NCBI GenBank assembly: GCA_017630915.1
Contig: JAGBUH010000253.1
Coordinates: forward strand, 5,196-69,195
Source: Clostridia bacterium
GTDB lineage: Bacteria > Bacillota > Clostridia > Oscillospirales > CAG-382
Direction of reading: 5' to 3'
Length of the DNA stretch: 64,000 nt
Of the stretch, positions 45,900 through 53,990 are shown one piece after another (the stretch's first letter is position 1; every line of letters begins with the position of its first letter). The position numbers and the translations under genes are program-made. The notes beneath the pieces are model-generated. The model made no database searches. It was not told where the DNA came from and was given only the letters and a program-made list of their open reading frames with translations.

Positions 45900-46988
45900 T
45901 TATTTGTTGAAGTAGTAGGGTTCACCGGTCTTAGCAGAGGTGTAGATACCTTCAAGAATACAGCTTACAACATAAGCCTGTTCGGGAGTTACAACCGGAT
46001 CTTTATCTTCGCGAATCGCTTTTAACCAAAGTCTTGCTTCACGTGCAGCAGGATCTTCGTTTGCCGCACCGTCATAGAATGCAACACCGCCTGCTTTAAG
46101 GTCGGGCTTCAAAACGTATTGTCTGCCGTTACGGATACCGTTAATACGAACGCCGTCAAGCATATCTGCGCCGCCTTCGGTACCGCAAAGTGTGGTAATC
46201 GCTTCACGAGGATCGAGCATATTAAGCGCCCAACTCGATTCAAGAACGATAGTAGCACCGTTTTCCATTACGATAAAGCCGAATGCGGAATCTTCAACGG
46301 TAAACTCACCGGGTTTCCAGTCGCCCCAAGCATTACCAGTGGGGAATTTTTCACCAAGTTTGTGATATGTAGTACCTACACAGTACTTAGGTTTATAGTT
46401 ATCCATACACCACAAAGTAAGGTCAAGCGCGTGAGTACCGATATCGATAAGAGGACCGCCGCCTTGTTCATATTCATTCATGAACACGCCCCAAGTGGGA
46501 ACAGCACGTCTTCTGAGAGCGGTCGCTTTCGCATAGTAAATATCACCGAAAGAGCCTTGTTCTGCTTCTGCTTTAATATAAAGCGAGTCGGAACGGTGAC
46601 GGCTTTGATAACCGATAGTTAATTTCTTGCCTGTACGTTTTGCCGCGTCAACCATTTTCTTTGCTTCTTCTGCATTGATTGCCATGGGCTTTTCACACAT
46701 AACATGTTTGCCTGCTTCCAATGCGTCAACAGTAATAAAACTGTGAGAACGGTTGGGAGTAAGAACGTGAACGATGTCAACGGTCTTGTCAGCAAGAACT
46801 TCTTTATAATCGGTAGTTACTTTTGCATCGGAAGTACCGTATTCCTTCGCCGCTTTTTCCGCTCTTTCTTTGATGATGTCGCAAAACCAAACCATTTCGG
46901 CATCAGCTTGTGCCTTCAATGCAGGAAGGTGTTTACCAACTGCAATACCGCCGCATCCGATAATACCAATTCTGAATTTTTCTGCCAT
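45900..46988 (-). CDS. Gfo/Idh/MocA family NAD(P)-dependent oxidoreductase
   Basis: It has the Rossmann motif FRIGIIGCGGIA and the motif CEKP. The ATG at 46988 follows AAAGGAAAA; the track start at 47006 is a TTG. Confidence 0.85.
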   Translation of the reverse strand: MAEKFRIGIIGCGGIAVGKHLPALKAQADAEMVWFCDIIKERAEKAAKEYGTSDAKVTTDYKEVLADKTVDIVHVLTPNRSHSFITVDALEAGKHVMCEKPMAINAEEAKKMVDAAKRTGKKLTIGYQSRHRSDSLYIKAEAEQGSFGDIYYAKATALRRRAVPTWGVFMNEYEQGGGPLIDIGTHALDLTLWCMDNYKPKYCVGTTYHKLGEKFPTGNAWGDWKPGEFTVEDSAFGFIVMENGATIVLESSWALNMLDPREAITTLCGTEGGADMLDGVRINGIRNGRQYVLKPDLKAGGVAFYDGAANEDPAAREARLWLKAIREDKDPVVTPEQAYVVSCILEGIYTSAKTGEPYYFNK

Positions 46989-47030
46989 TTTTCCTTTACT
47001 CGCCAATATACAGGCGATTCCTCCATTTAA

Positions 47031-47363
47031 TCATTCTCTGTAATATGTATAATATGCCATTACTGTACGTTCTTTACCTTGAACCTTATCGAATCCCGTG
47101 AGTGTCGCGCCGTCGAGGGACATAAATTCCCAAGCCAAGAGTTCGTCAGCTTTACAGACAAACAGCGTCTTCCCTCCGCTTACGACCGAAAAGTCGCCTT
47201 CATAAAGGCTCAACACACCGCCTTTTCCGATGACGTAATCACCCTTTTCCGGATCGCGTTCAAGCACATATTTTAAAGACCTGCCATCAAGTTTTTGACA
47301 CATATAAAGCCTAAATTCAGGGCTGTTCGTGTCCTTTGGCGGTTTCTTTTTAAACCAAAGCAT
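47031..47363 (-). CDS. hypothetical soluble 110-aa protein
   Basis: The ORF is tightly packed between the GtrB-like and oxidoreductase genes. It has no TM segment and no motif I recognise. Confidence 0.4.
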   Translation of the reverse strand: MLWFKKKPPKDTNSPEFRLYMCQKLDGRSLKYVLERDPEKGDYVIGKGGVLSLYEGDFSVVSGGKTLFVCKADELLAWEFMSLDGATLTGFDKVQGKERTVMAYYTYYRE

Positions 47364-47380
47364 TAGTCAATTTTATCCTT

Positions 47381-48313
47381 TTAGGTTTCGGCGACGATAT
47401 AATTAGGTCTGCCTTTTGTTTCCATATAAGTTTTGGCAAGATACTGACCAAGTACGCCGATACACAAGAGTTGCAAGCCACCGATAAAAAGCATCACACA
47501 AACCAAAGATGCCCAACCGCTGATCGAAGAAGATGTATCTATAATCTTACGAATAATGATTGCCAATGTACCGATTATTGACAAGAAGAACATTGCAATG
47601 CCGCTAAGCGAACTGATTGCAAGCGGTGCGGTCGAAAAAGCGACGATACATTCAAGCGAGTAACGAAACAATCCCCAGAACGACCACTTTGTTTTACCTG
47701 CAACACGTTCGATATTTTCGAAGGTTATCCATTCGGTTTTAAAACCAACCCATTCAAAAATACCTTTCGTAAAGCGGTTGTATTCGGAAAGCGAAAGAAC
47801 CGCGTCGAGCATTTTTCTCGACATCAAACGATAGTCACGGGCTGCGGGAACAAGTTCGACGTCGGAAATCTTATTAACTATACCGTAAAAGCAGTTAGCA
47901 AAGAAACTTCTAATAGGCGGTTCACCCTTACGGTCACCGCGTCTTGTTGCAACAGAATCGCATTTCTTTTCTTTAAGCAATTCCATCATTTTAGGCAACA
48001 ACGAAGGCGGATCTTGTAAGTCGGCATCCATAATCACGGCATAATCGCCATTGGCAGAACGCAAACCTGCAAGCATGCCTGCTTCTTTACCGAAATTACG
48101 CGAGAATGAAACATAACGTGTACGTGCATCAACTTGTGCGCGTGCACGAAGAATATTAAGCGTCGCATCTTTTGAACCATCATTGACATAAATTGCCTCG
48201 AAATTATAATCGGGCATTGATGCAATTACCTTATCGAGTTCGTCAAAGAAAAACGGAAGAGCCTCCGCTTCGTTATAACAGGGTACAATCACACTAATAA
48301 GCTCTTTATTCAT
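47381..48313 (-). CDS. polyprenyl-phosphate hexose synthase type GT2 (GtrB/CsbB/DPM1-like)
   Basis: It has ISVIVPCYNEAEAL, SRNFGKEAG and DADLQDPP, two C-terminal TM segments, and GQYLAKTYMETKGRPNYIV. The start at 48313 (MNKELISV) is preferred over the track start at 48385. Confidence 0.85.
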   Translation of the reverse strand: MNKELISVIVPCYNEAEALPFFFDELDKVIASMPDYNFEAIYVNDGSKDATLNILRARAQVDARTRYVSFSRNFGKEAGMLAGLRSANGDYAVIMDADLQDPPSLLPKMMELLKEKKCDSVATRRGDRKGEPPIRSFFANCFYGIVNKISDVELVPAARDYRLMSRKMLDAVLSLSEYNRFTKGIFEWVGFKTEWITFENIERVAGKTKWSFWGLFRYSLECIVAFSTAPLAISSLSGIAMFFLSIIGTLAIIIRKIIDTSSSISGWASLVCVMLFIGGLQLLCIGVLGQYLAKTYMETKGRPNYIVAET

Positions 48314-48367
48314 ATTTGCCGTCAAAACGCCTCTTCTTTCCTTGAATTTTATCATATTTGTACTATC

Positions 48368-48396
48368 AATATAACATATATACATATAATTGTCAA
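48368..48396 (-). promoter_or_regulatory. promoter of the GtrB-like gene (TTGACA-17-TATATT)
   Basis: On the minus strand, TTGACA is at 48396..48391, the spacer is 17 nt and TATATT is at 48373..48368. Confidence 0.45.
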
Positions 48397-48423
48397 TAAC
48401 TGTTATCTTTTTTAGCAGTATTG

Positions 48424-48452
48424 TTGACTAAAAAAATTAGTTATGTTAGAAT
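48424..48452 (+). promoter_or_regulatory. murQ promoter (TTGACT-17-TAGAAT)
   Basis: TTGACT is at 48424..48429, the spacer is 17 nt and TAGAAT is at 48447..48452. A GGAGG RBS precedes the ATG at 48496. Confidence 0.5.
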
Positions 48453-48495
48453 GTATAAACAAACATAAAGATACTCAAAGACGCGGAGGATAAAA

Positions 48496-49326
48496 ATGTC
48501 CGATTTTTCTAAACTCACAACCGAAGGTTTTAACGAAAAAACCTCACATATTGATAAATTAGATTCGCTTGAAATCGCAAAAACAATTAACGAAGAAGAC
48601 AAAAAGGTTGCATTCGCAGTTGAACAAGCGCTGCCTCAAATCGCAAAAGGTATCGATGCCATGGCAGATTCGCTAAAATGCGGCGGTCACATATATTATT
48701 GCGGTGCAGGCACTTCGGGAAGATTAGGCGTATTAGACGCTTCCGAATGTTTGCCGACGTTTGGAGTTAGCGAGGAAACCATTGTCGGTCTTATGGCAGG
48801 CGGTTACGAAGCACTTTATTCCTCACGCGAGTTCGCAGAAGACGATTTTGAAAGCATTGTTAAGGAACTAAAACTGCGAAAATTCAATATGAAAGATGTG
48901 TTGGTAGCAATAAGCGCAAGCGGAAGTGCAAACTGTGTTAAAGGTGCGATAAAGTACGCAAAAGAATGTGGAGCGTACACAATTTGTATTTCCTGTAATC
49001 CCAACAGCGAACTTGTACCCATGGTTGACATTCCGATTATCGCAGAAGTAGGCCCCGAGGTTATTAACGGCAGCACACGTATGAAAGCCGGTACGGCGCA
49101 AAAAATGATTTTAAATATGCTGTCCACCGGTGCAATGATTAGATTCGGCAGAGTGAGAGGCAACTATATGGCTTATATGGTGCCCTCAAACAGAAAGTTG
49201 GTTGACCGCGCAATACGCATAATTTGCGCTAAAACAGGTTGCGACAAAGAACGTGCCGCGTATGAATTGGCAAAATCCAATAACTGTATAGCCGATGCGA
49301 TTGATGCTATTGAAGGCGTAAATTAA
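48496..49326 (+). CDS. murQ: N-acetylmuramic acid 6-phosphate etherase
   Basis: 276 aa with a SIS domain, GAGTSGRLGVLDASECLPTFG and STRMKAGTAQK. Confidence 0.9.
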   Translation: MSDFSKLTTEGFNEKTSHIDKLDSLEIAKTINEEDKKVAFAVEQALPQIAKGIDAMADSLKCGGHIYYCGAGTSGRLGVLDASECLPTFGVSEETIVGLMAGGYEALYSSREFAEDDFESIVKELKLRKFNMKDVLVAISASGSANCVKGAIKYAKECGAYTICISCNPNSELVPMVDIPIIAEVGPEVINGSTRMKAGTAQKMILNMLSTGAMIRFGRVRGNYMAYMVPSNRKLVDRAIRIICAKTGCDKERAAYELAKSNNCIADAIDAIEGVN

Positions 49327-49337
49327 ATAAATACAGC

Positions 49338-49378
49338 AAAAAAATGCTTCCGCATATTTCTATGCGGAAGCATTTTTC
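49338..49378. terminator. bidirectional rho-independent terminator
   Basis: A 14-bp perfect stem (49343..49356 pairs with 49361..49374) has a TTTC loop, with an A-run on the left and a T-run on the right. Confidence 0.85.
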
Positions 49379-49530
49379 TATTCTTCTGATTCGTTATTTT
49401 TATTTTGCTCGTATTCCTCATTAAGACGTTTTCTTCGTGCATTCAACCAAAAATACACAGGAAGTCCGAGAATACCAATAGTCATAATTATAACAAAAAT
49501 AACTTGAAATACAGTTTCAATAATATTCAT
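49378..49530 (-). CDS. 50-aa single-TM small protein (not in the ORF track)
   Basis: My translation is MNIIETVFQVIFVIIMTIGILGLPVYFWLNARRKRLNEEYEQNKNNESEE. A GGAG RBS lies 8 nt upstream. It sits 48 nt downstream of mscS on the same strand and ends at the terminator. Confidence 0.4.
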   Translation of the reverse strand: MNIIETVFQVIFVIIMTIGILGLPVYFWLNARRKRLNEEYEQNKNNESEE

Positions 49531-49578
49531 TACTTTTAATACTCCGTGGCAATACGAATATTAGCGCATTAGTAGTTA

Positions 49579-50385
49579 TTACTTATTGTTGATTCGCACA
49601 TTCAATTGAGGATACGGTATTTCAATATTGGCATTTTTAAACGCATTACGTACACCCTTAACAAGTTCTTCGCGTACTGTCCAATAATCGCCGCTTTCAC
49701 ACCAAACACGAAGTGCATATTTAATCCCATTATCTCCGCAGTCAAGCATAACAGCCGCAATTTCGGGCTCTTTTAATGCCTTTTCACAAGAGTTTGCAAC
49801 GTTGAGCATTGTTGCTTTTACCGTATCGGTATCACTATCATAATCAGCGGTGAATTCAACGTCGACACGACGGATTTTTTCGGCAGAAAAATTTGTAATA
49901 ACCGAGTTTGTAAGTCCACCATTCGGAACTGTAACAACCTTATTGTCAACAGTAACCACTACGGTATAAAATACCGATATCTCGCGCACCGTACCCGAAG
50001 CGCCTTGGGCTTCAATATAATCGCCGGATCTAAACGGACGGAATAACAAAATCATCAAACCGCCAACCAAGTTAGAAAGTGCGCCTTGCACCGCAAGACC
50101 AACGGCAACACCCGCCGACGCGATAAGCGCAATAACCGAACTCATCGGTACACCAAGTATAGCAACTACCGAAACCACAACAACAATTTTCAATGCTATT
50201 GAAATGAAACTTGCTACGAAGCCTGCAACAGATGCATCGATATTTTTAAACAATTTCCCATTCTTAACACGTTTCGAAATAACATTCACAACTTTAAATC
50301 CGATGAACAACACAAGTGCTGCCAAAACAAGATTTTTTGCAAGTGGTACAACAAGCGCAGAAAGTTCTTTAAGAATTTGTTCCAT
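49579..50385 (-). CDS. small-conductance mechanosensitive channel (MscS family)
   Basis: Three TM segments are followed by LFRPFRSGDYIEAQGASGTVREISVFYT and DNKVVTVPNG. The ATG at 50385 follows a GGAGG RBS. Confidence 0.88.
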   Translation of the reverse strand: MEQILKELSALVVPLAKNLVLAALVLFIGFKVVNVISKRVKNGKLFKNIDASVAGFVASFISIALKIVVVVSVVAILGVPMSSVIALIASAGVAVGLAVQGALSNLVGGLMILLFRPFRSGDYIEAQGASGTVREISVFYTVVVTVDNKVVTVPNGGLTNSVITNFSAEKIRRVDVEFTADYDSDTDTVKATMLNVANSCEKALKEPEIAAVMLDCGDNGIKYALRVWCESGDYWTVREELVKGVRNAFKNANIEIPYPQLNVRINNK

Positions 50386-50496
50386 AATTTTCCTCCAAAA
50401 CAATAATCTTTATCATTTATAATAGTCATTTGCCGCCTTAATGTCAACAGATATTAAAAAATACACGTATTATACTCGGAAAATGTCGGCTTTATA

Positions 50497-50524
50497 TTGA
50501 CTTTTTCGAGCAATTTGTTATACT
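50497..50524 (+). promoter_or_regulatory. soj/parA promoter (TTGACT-16-TATACT with a TGn extension)
   Basis: TTGACT is at 50497..50502, the spacer is 16 nt ending in TGT, and TATACT is at 50519..50524. Confidence 0.45.
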
Positions 50525-50566
50525 ATATTATAATTATAAACACTATTTAAGTAACAAGAGACAGAT

Positions 50567-51349
50567 ATGGGCAATTATAAAATCATTTGCTTCGCCAACC
50601 AAAAAGGCGGAGTAGGAAAAACAACAAGCGCGCTTAATATAGCCGCATGTATAGCACGAAGTGGAAAACGTGTTTTATTTATAGATTCAGACCCTCAGGG
50701 CAACGCAACAAGTGGTTTGGGTATCGTAAAAAGAACTATCACGCATAGCGTGTATGACCTTCTTATCGGAAGGGCAAATTGGGAAACCACCGCGATTAAC
50801 ACCAACGTACGCGGTTTATCCCTAATCCCTTCAAGCATCAATCTTGTCGGTGCGGAACTTGAACTCGTCGACGAAGCCGACAGAGAGTATAGATTGCGAA
50901 ACGCATTACGAGGCGCGGAAGCGAGGTTTGATTACATCATAATCGACTGTCCGCCTTCGCTTGGACTTATTACCATAAATTCGCTAACTGCTGCCAAATA
51001 CGTTGTCATTCCCGTTCTTTGTGAATATTATTCGCTCGAAGGGCTTTCGCAACTTACCACAACCATAAAACATATCAAACGCCTGTATAACCCCAACATT
51101 GAACTTTTAGGCGTCTTGGTCAATATGTTTGACGGCAGACTAAATTTATCAATCGCGGTTTTGGAAGAAATCAAACGGCACTTTGCCGGTAAGCTATTCA
51201 GAACCCCGATTCCGAGAAGCGTAAAAATCAGCGAAGCACCAAGTCACGGTATGCCTATTACCGATTATGACAGAAACGGAAAAGGTGCTGCCGCATATTC
51301 GGCAGTTGCGCTTGAACTTATGAAAAGATGCGAATCAGGAGGTAACTAA
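50567..51349 (+). CDS. soj: chromosome partitioning ATPase ParA/Soj
   Basis: It has the deviant Walker A NQKGGVGKTT and full ParA collinearity. There is an ATG/stop overlap with parB. Confidence 0.92.
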   Translation: MGNYKIICFANQKGGVGKTTSALNIAACIARSGKRVLFIDSDPQGNATSGLGIVKRTITHSVYDLLIGRANWETTAINTNVRGLSLIPSSINLVGAELELVDEADREYRLRNALRGAEARFDYIIIDCPPSLGLITINSLTAAKYVVIPVLCEYYSLEGLSQLTTTIKHIKRLYNPNIELLGVLVNMFDGRLNLSIAVLEEIKRHFAGKLFRTPIPRSVKISEAPSHGMPITDYDRNGKGAAAYSAVALELMKRCESGGN

Positions 51350-52248
51350 TGGCTAAAAAAGGGCTCGGCAGAGGGCTTGGTGCCTTGCTTGCCGATAATG
51401 CAATAGAAAATGAAGAAATAGAAGCAAGCGGTGTTACCGTCTTGAAAATATCCGACGTTGAACCAAACCGAGCGCAAGCAAGAAAGAAATTCGACGAAAA
51501 TGCGCTTTTGGAACTTGCCGATTCAATTGGGCGACACGGAATACTGCAACCGATAGCGGTACGTAAAAAGAGCAACGGTTATTACGAAATAATCGCGGGC
51601 GAACGTAGATGGCGTGCATCAAAAATAGCAGGATTGAGCGAAATACCTGCTATTATACATGATGCAGACGACAAAATAGCAAGCGAACTTTCGCTTATCG
51701 AAAACCTACAACGTGAAAACCTAAATGCAGCCGAAGAAGCACGCGGTTACCGCGACCTTATGGAACGTTTTGGGCTAACTCAGGAAGAAGCGGCAGAACG
51801 TGTAGGTAAATCGCGAACCGCCGTTGCAAATATATTGAGAATATTAAAGTTGCCTAACAGCATTTTGGATTTAGTTGAAGACGGCGCACTTTCATACGGT
51901 CATGCAAGAGCATTGATTCCCCTCACTCAAATATGCGACGAAGAAGAACTTTTAAAGCATGCCGAATATATAATCAAAAATGCTTTGTCGGTAAGGCAGA
52001 CCGAACAGTATATTAAATTTGTTTCCGAGGGAAGAAATAAAAATAAAGATGATGAACGCTTAACAGTGAGCAAGGCTTACTATAAAAAGCTCGAAAGCGA
52101 CATGAGCGATATTTTGGGCAGAAAAGCGAACATCAAGCAAGGTTCTGACGGTAACGGCAAATTGACATTGTCATTTTCAAGTACCGACGACCTTGAAGAA
52201 CTAATCAAACAAATCTGCGGTGACGGATTTTTTAATAACGAACAATAA
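51349..52248 (+). CDS. spo0J: chromosome partitioning protein ParB/Spo0J
   Basis: It has GLGRGLGALL, GERRWRA and IENLQRENL, plus an HTH. Confidence 0.92.
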   Translation: MAKKGLGRGLGALLADNAIENEEIEASGVTVLKISDVEPNRAQARKKFDENALLELADSIGRHGILQPIAVRKKSNGYYEIIAGERRWRASKIAGLSEIPAIIHDADDKIASELSLIENLQRENLNAAEEARGYRDLMERFGLTQEEAAERVGKSRTAVANILRILKLPNSILDLVEDGALSYGHARALIPLTQICDEEELLKHAEYIIKNALSVRQTEQYIKFVSEGRNKNKDDERLTVSKAYYKKLESDMSDILGRKANIKQGSDGNGKLTLSFSSTDDLEELIKQICGDGFFNNEQ

Positions 52249-52267
52249 ACGAATGGAGTAATATAAA

Positions 52268-53545
52268 ATGATCGATATTAAATTTTTACGTGAAAATCCC
52301 GATGTTGTAAAGGAAAACATTAAAAAGAAATTCCAAGACGACAAATTGCCTCTCGTTGACGAGGTAATCGCTCTTGATAAACGCAACCGCGAAATCAAGT
52401 CCGAAGTTGAAGCATTGCGTGCAAACCGTAATAAAGCATCCAAGCAAATCGGTGCTTTAATGGCGCAAGGCAAACGCGACGAAGCAGAAGAAATCAAAAA
52501 AGCAGTTGCTGCTGACGGCGGTAAAATCGACGAACTCACAGCAGAAGAAAAAGAAGTCGGCGAAAAACTTAATACCATTATGATGCGTATTCCCAACATT
52601 ATCGACCCGTCTGTTCCTATTGGTAAAAACGATGAAGAAAATGTTGAAGTTGAACGCTTCGGTGAACCCTTGGTGCCCGATTTTGATATTCCCTACCATG
52701 CAGAAATTCTTGAAAAACTTAACGGTCTTGACCTTGACAGCGCAAGAAAGGTTGCCGGTAACGGTTTTTACTACCTTACAGGCGATATAGCGCAACTCCA
52801 TTCCGCAGTTATTGCTTATGCGCGCGACTTTATGATTCAACGCGGTTTTGAATACTGTATTCCTCCTTTCATGATTCGCAGTAACGTTGTTACCGGCGTT
52901 ATGAGTTTCGCCGAAATGGAAGCGATGATGTACAAAATCGAAGGCGAAGACCTTTACCTTATCGGTACAAGCGAACACTCGATGATAGGCAGATATATCG
53001 ACACAATTATCCCCGAAAATCAACTTCCCAAAACACTTACCAGTTACTCTCCTTGCTTCCGTAAAGAAAAGGGTGCGCACGGTATAGAAGAACGCGGCAT
53101 TTACCGTATTCACCAATTTGAAAAGCAGGAAATGATTGTTATTTGTAAACCCGAAGACAGTATGATGTGGTTCGACAAACTTTGGCAAAATACCGTTGAT
53201 TTGTTCAGAACACTTGACATCCCTGTTCGTACACTTGAATGTTGTTCGGGTGACTTGGCAGACCTTAAAGTCAAGTCTGTTGACGTTGAGGCTTGGTCGC
53301 CCAGACAGAAGAAATACTTTGAAGTCGGTTCTTGCTCGAACCTCGGAGATGCACAGGCAAGAAGACTTAAAATCCGCGTAGACGGAAGCGACGGCAAATA
53401 TCTTGCTCATACTCTTAACAATACCGTTGTTGCACCGCCCAGAATGCTTATTGCATTGATTGAAAACAATCTTAACGAGGACGGAAGCGTTAATATCCCC
53501 GAAGCATTAAGACCTTATATGCTCGGCAAAACCATCATTAAATAG
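52268..53545 (+). CDS. serS: seryl-tRNA synthetase
   Basis: 425 aa starting MIDIKFLRENPDVV, with an N-terminal coiled-coil arm and class II motifs (FRKEKGAHG, GSCSNLGDAQARRL). Confidence 0.95.
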   Translation: MIDIKFLRENPDVVKENIKKKFQDDKLPLVDEVIALDKRNREIKSEVEALRANRNKASKQIGALMAQGKRDEAEEIKKAVAADGGKIDELTAEEKEVGEKLNTIMMRIPNIIDPSVPIGKNDEENVEVERFGEPLVPDFDIPYHAEILEKLNGLDLDSARKVAGNGFYYLTGDIAQLHSAVIAYARDFMIQRGFEYCIPPFMIRSNVVTGVMSFAEMEAMMYKIEGEDLYLIGTSEHSMIGRYIDTIIPENQLPKTLTSYSPCFRKEKGAHGIEERGIYRIHQFEKQEMIVICKPEDSMMWFDKLWQNTVDLFRTLDIPVRTLECCSGDLADLKVKSVDVEAWSPRQKKYFEVGSCSNLGDAQARRLKIRVDGSDGKYLAHTLNNTVVAPPRMLIALIENNLNEDGSVNIPEALRPYMLGKTIIK

Positions 53546-53552
53546 GTGATTT

Positions 53553-53990
53553 ATGGATATTGGCTCTCTCATTTGGATGTTTATGATCGGCGCGGCAATC
53601 GCGATGGTCATAATGTATTACAATGCGCGTTTTTTAGGAAGATTGGTACGCAAATTGATTCAAATCGATGCCACTTCTCCCGAAAGTGCGATGCCTTTAA
53701 GCGAACTCGGACTTAAAATAACTCCTGCATTAAAACACTCACTTCGTCCGGGGACAAGTTTTTCGGAAACGGTTTTAAAAACAGAAGACGACCGATACTA
53801 TATTGCGCCCGACAAACTGTCGATGGCAAAAGCCAAATACAGAGGAAAAGATACAACTATTGTTTTTGTACTGTTGTGCATTTTGGCACTTGTCGTTGTT
53901 GCTTTTGCATTTTCCAAAATACTTCCTGACCTTTTAAGTAAGGTCGGCGGAGATTTTTCGCGTATGTTTGACGGAGGTAATGCTTTATGA
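53553..53990 (+). CDS. hypothetical membrane protein (2 TM)
   Basis: 145 aa with hydrophobic segments at both ends. Its stop overlaps the downstream MORN gene start in an ATGA. Confidence 0.45.
   Translation: MDIGSLIWMFMIGAAIAMVIMYYNARFLGRLVRKLIQIDATSPESAMPLSELGLKITPALKHSLRPGTSFSETVLKTEDDRYYIAPDKLSMAKAKYRGKDTTIVFVLLCILALVVVAFAFSKILPDLLSKVGGDFSRMFDGGNAL

Noticed and set aside
52282-52297. A parS-like sequence ATTTTTACGTGAAAAT just inside serS, next to soj-spo0J.
   Set aside because: It has five mismatches to the Firmicutes parS consensus TGTTTCACGTGAAACA and is not itself palindromic. The ACGTGAAAA core simply encodes the conserved LRE of the SerS N-terminus.
52457-53410. A 317-aa ORF antisense to serS.
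   Set aside because: It lies entirely within and opposite a high-confidence housekeeping gene. It has no RBS, and its translation is low-complexity (Phe/Asn/Cys/Val-rich) with no motif. It is a typical shadow ORF created by the codon bias of the sense gene.
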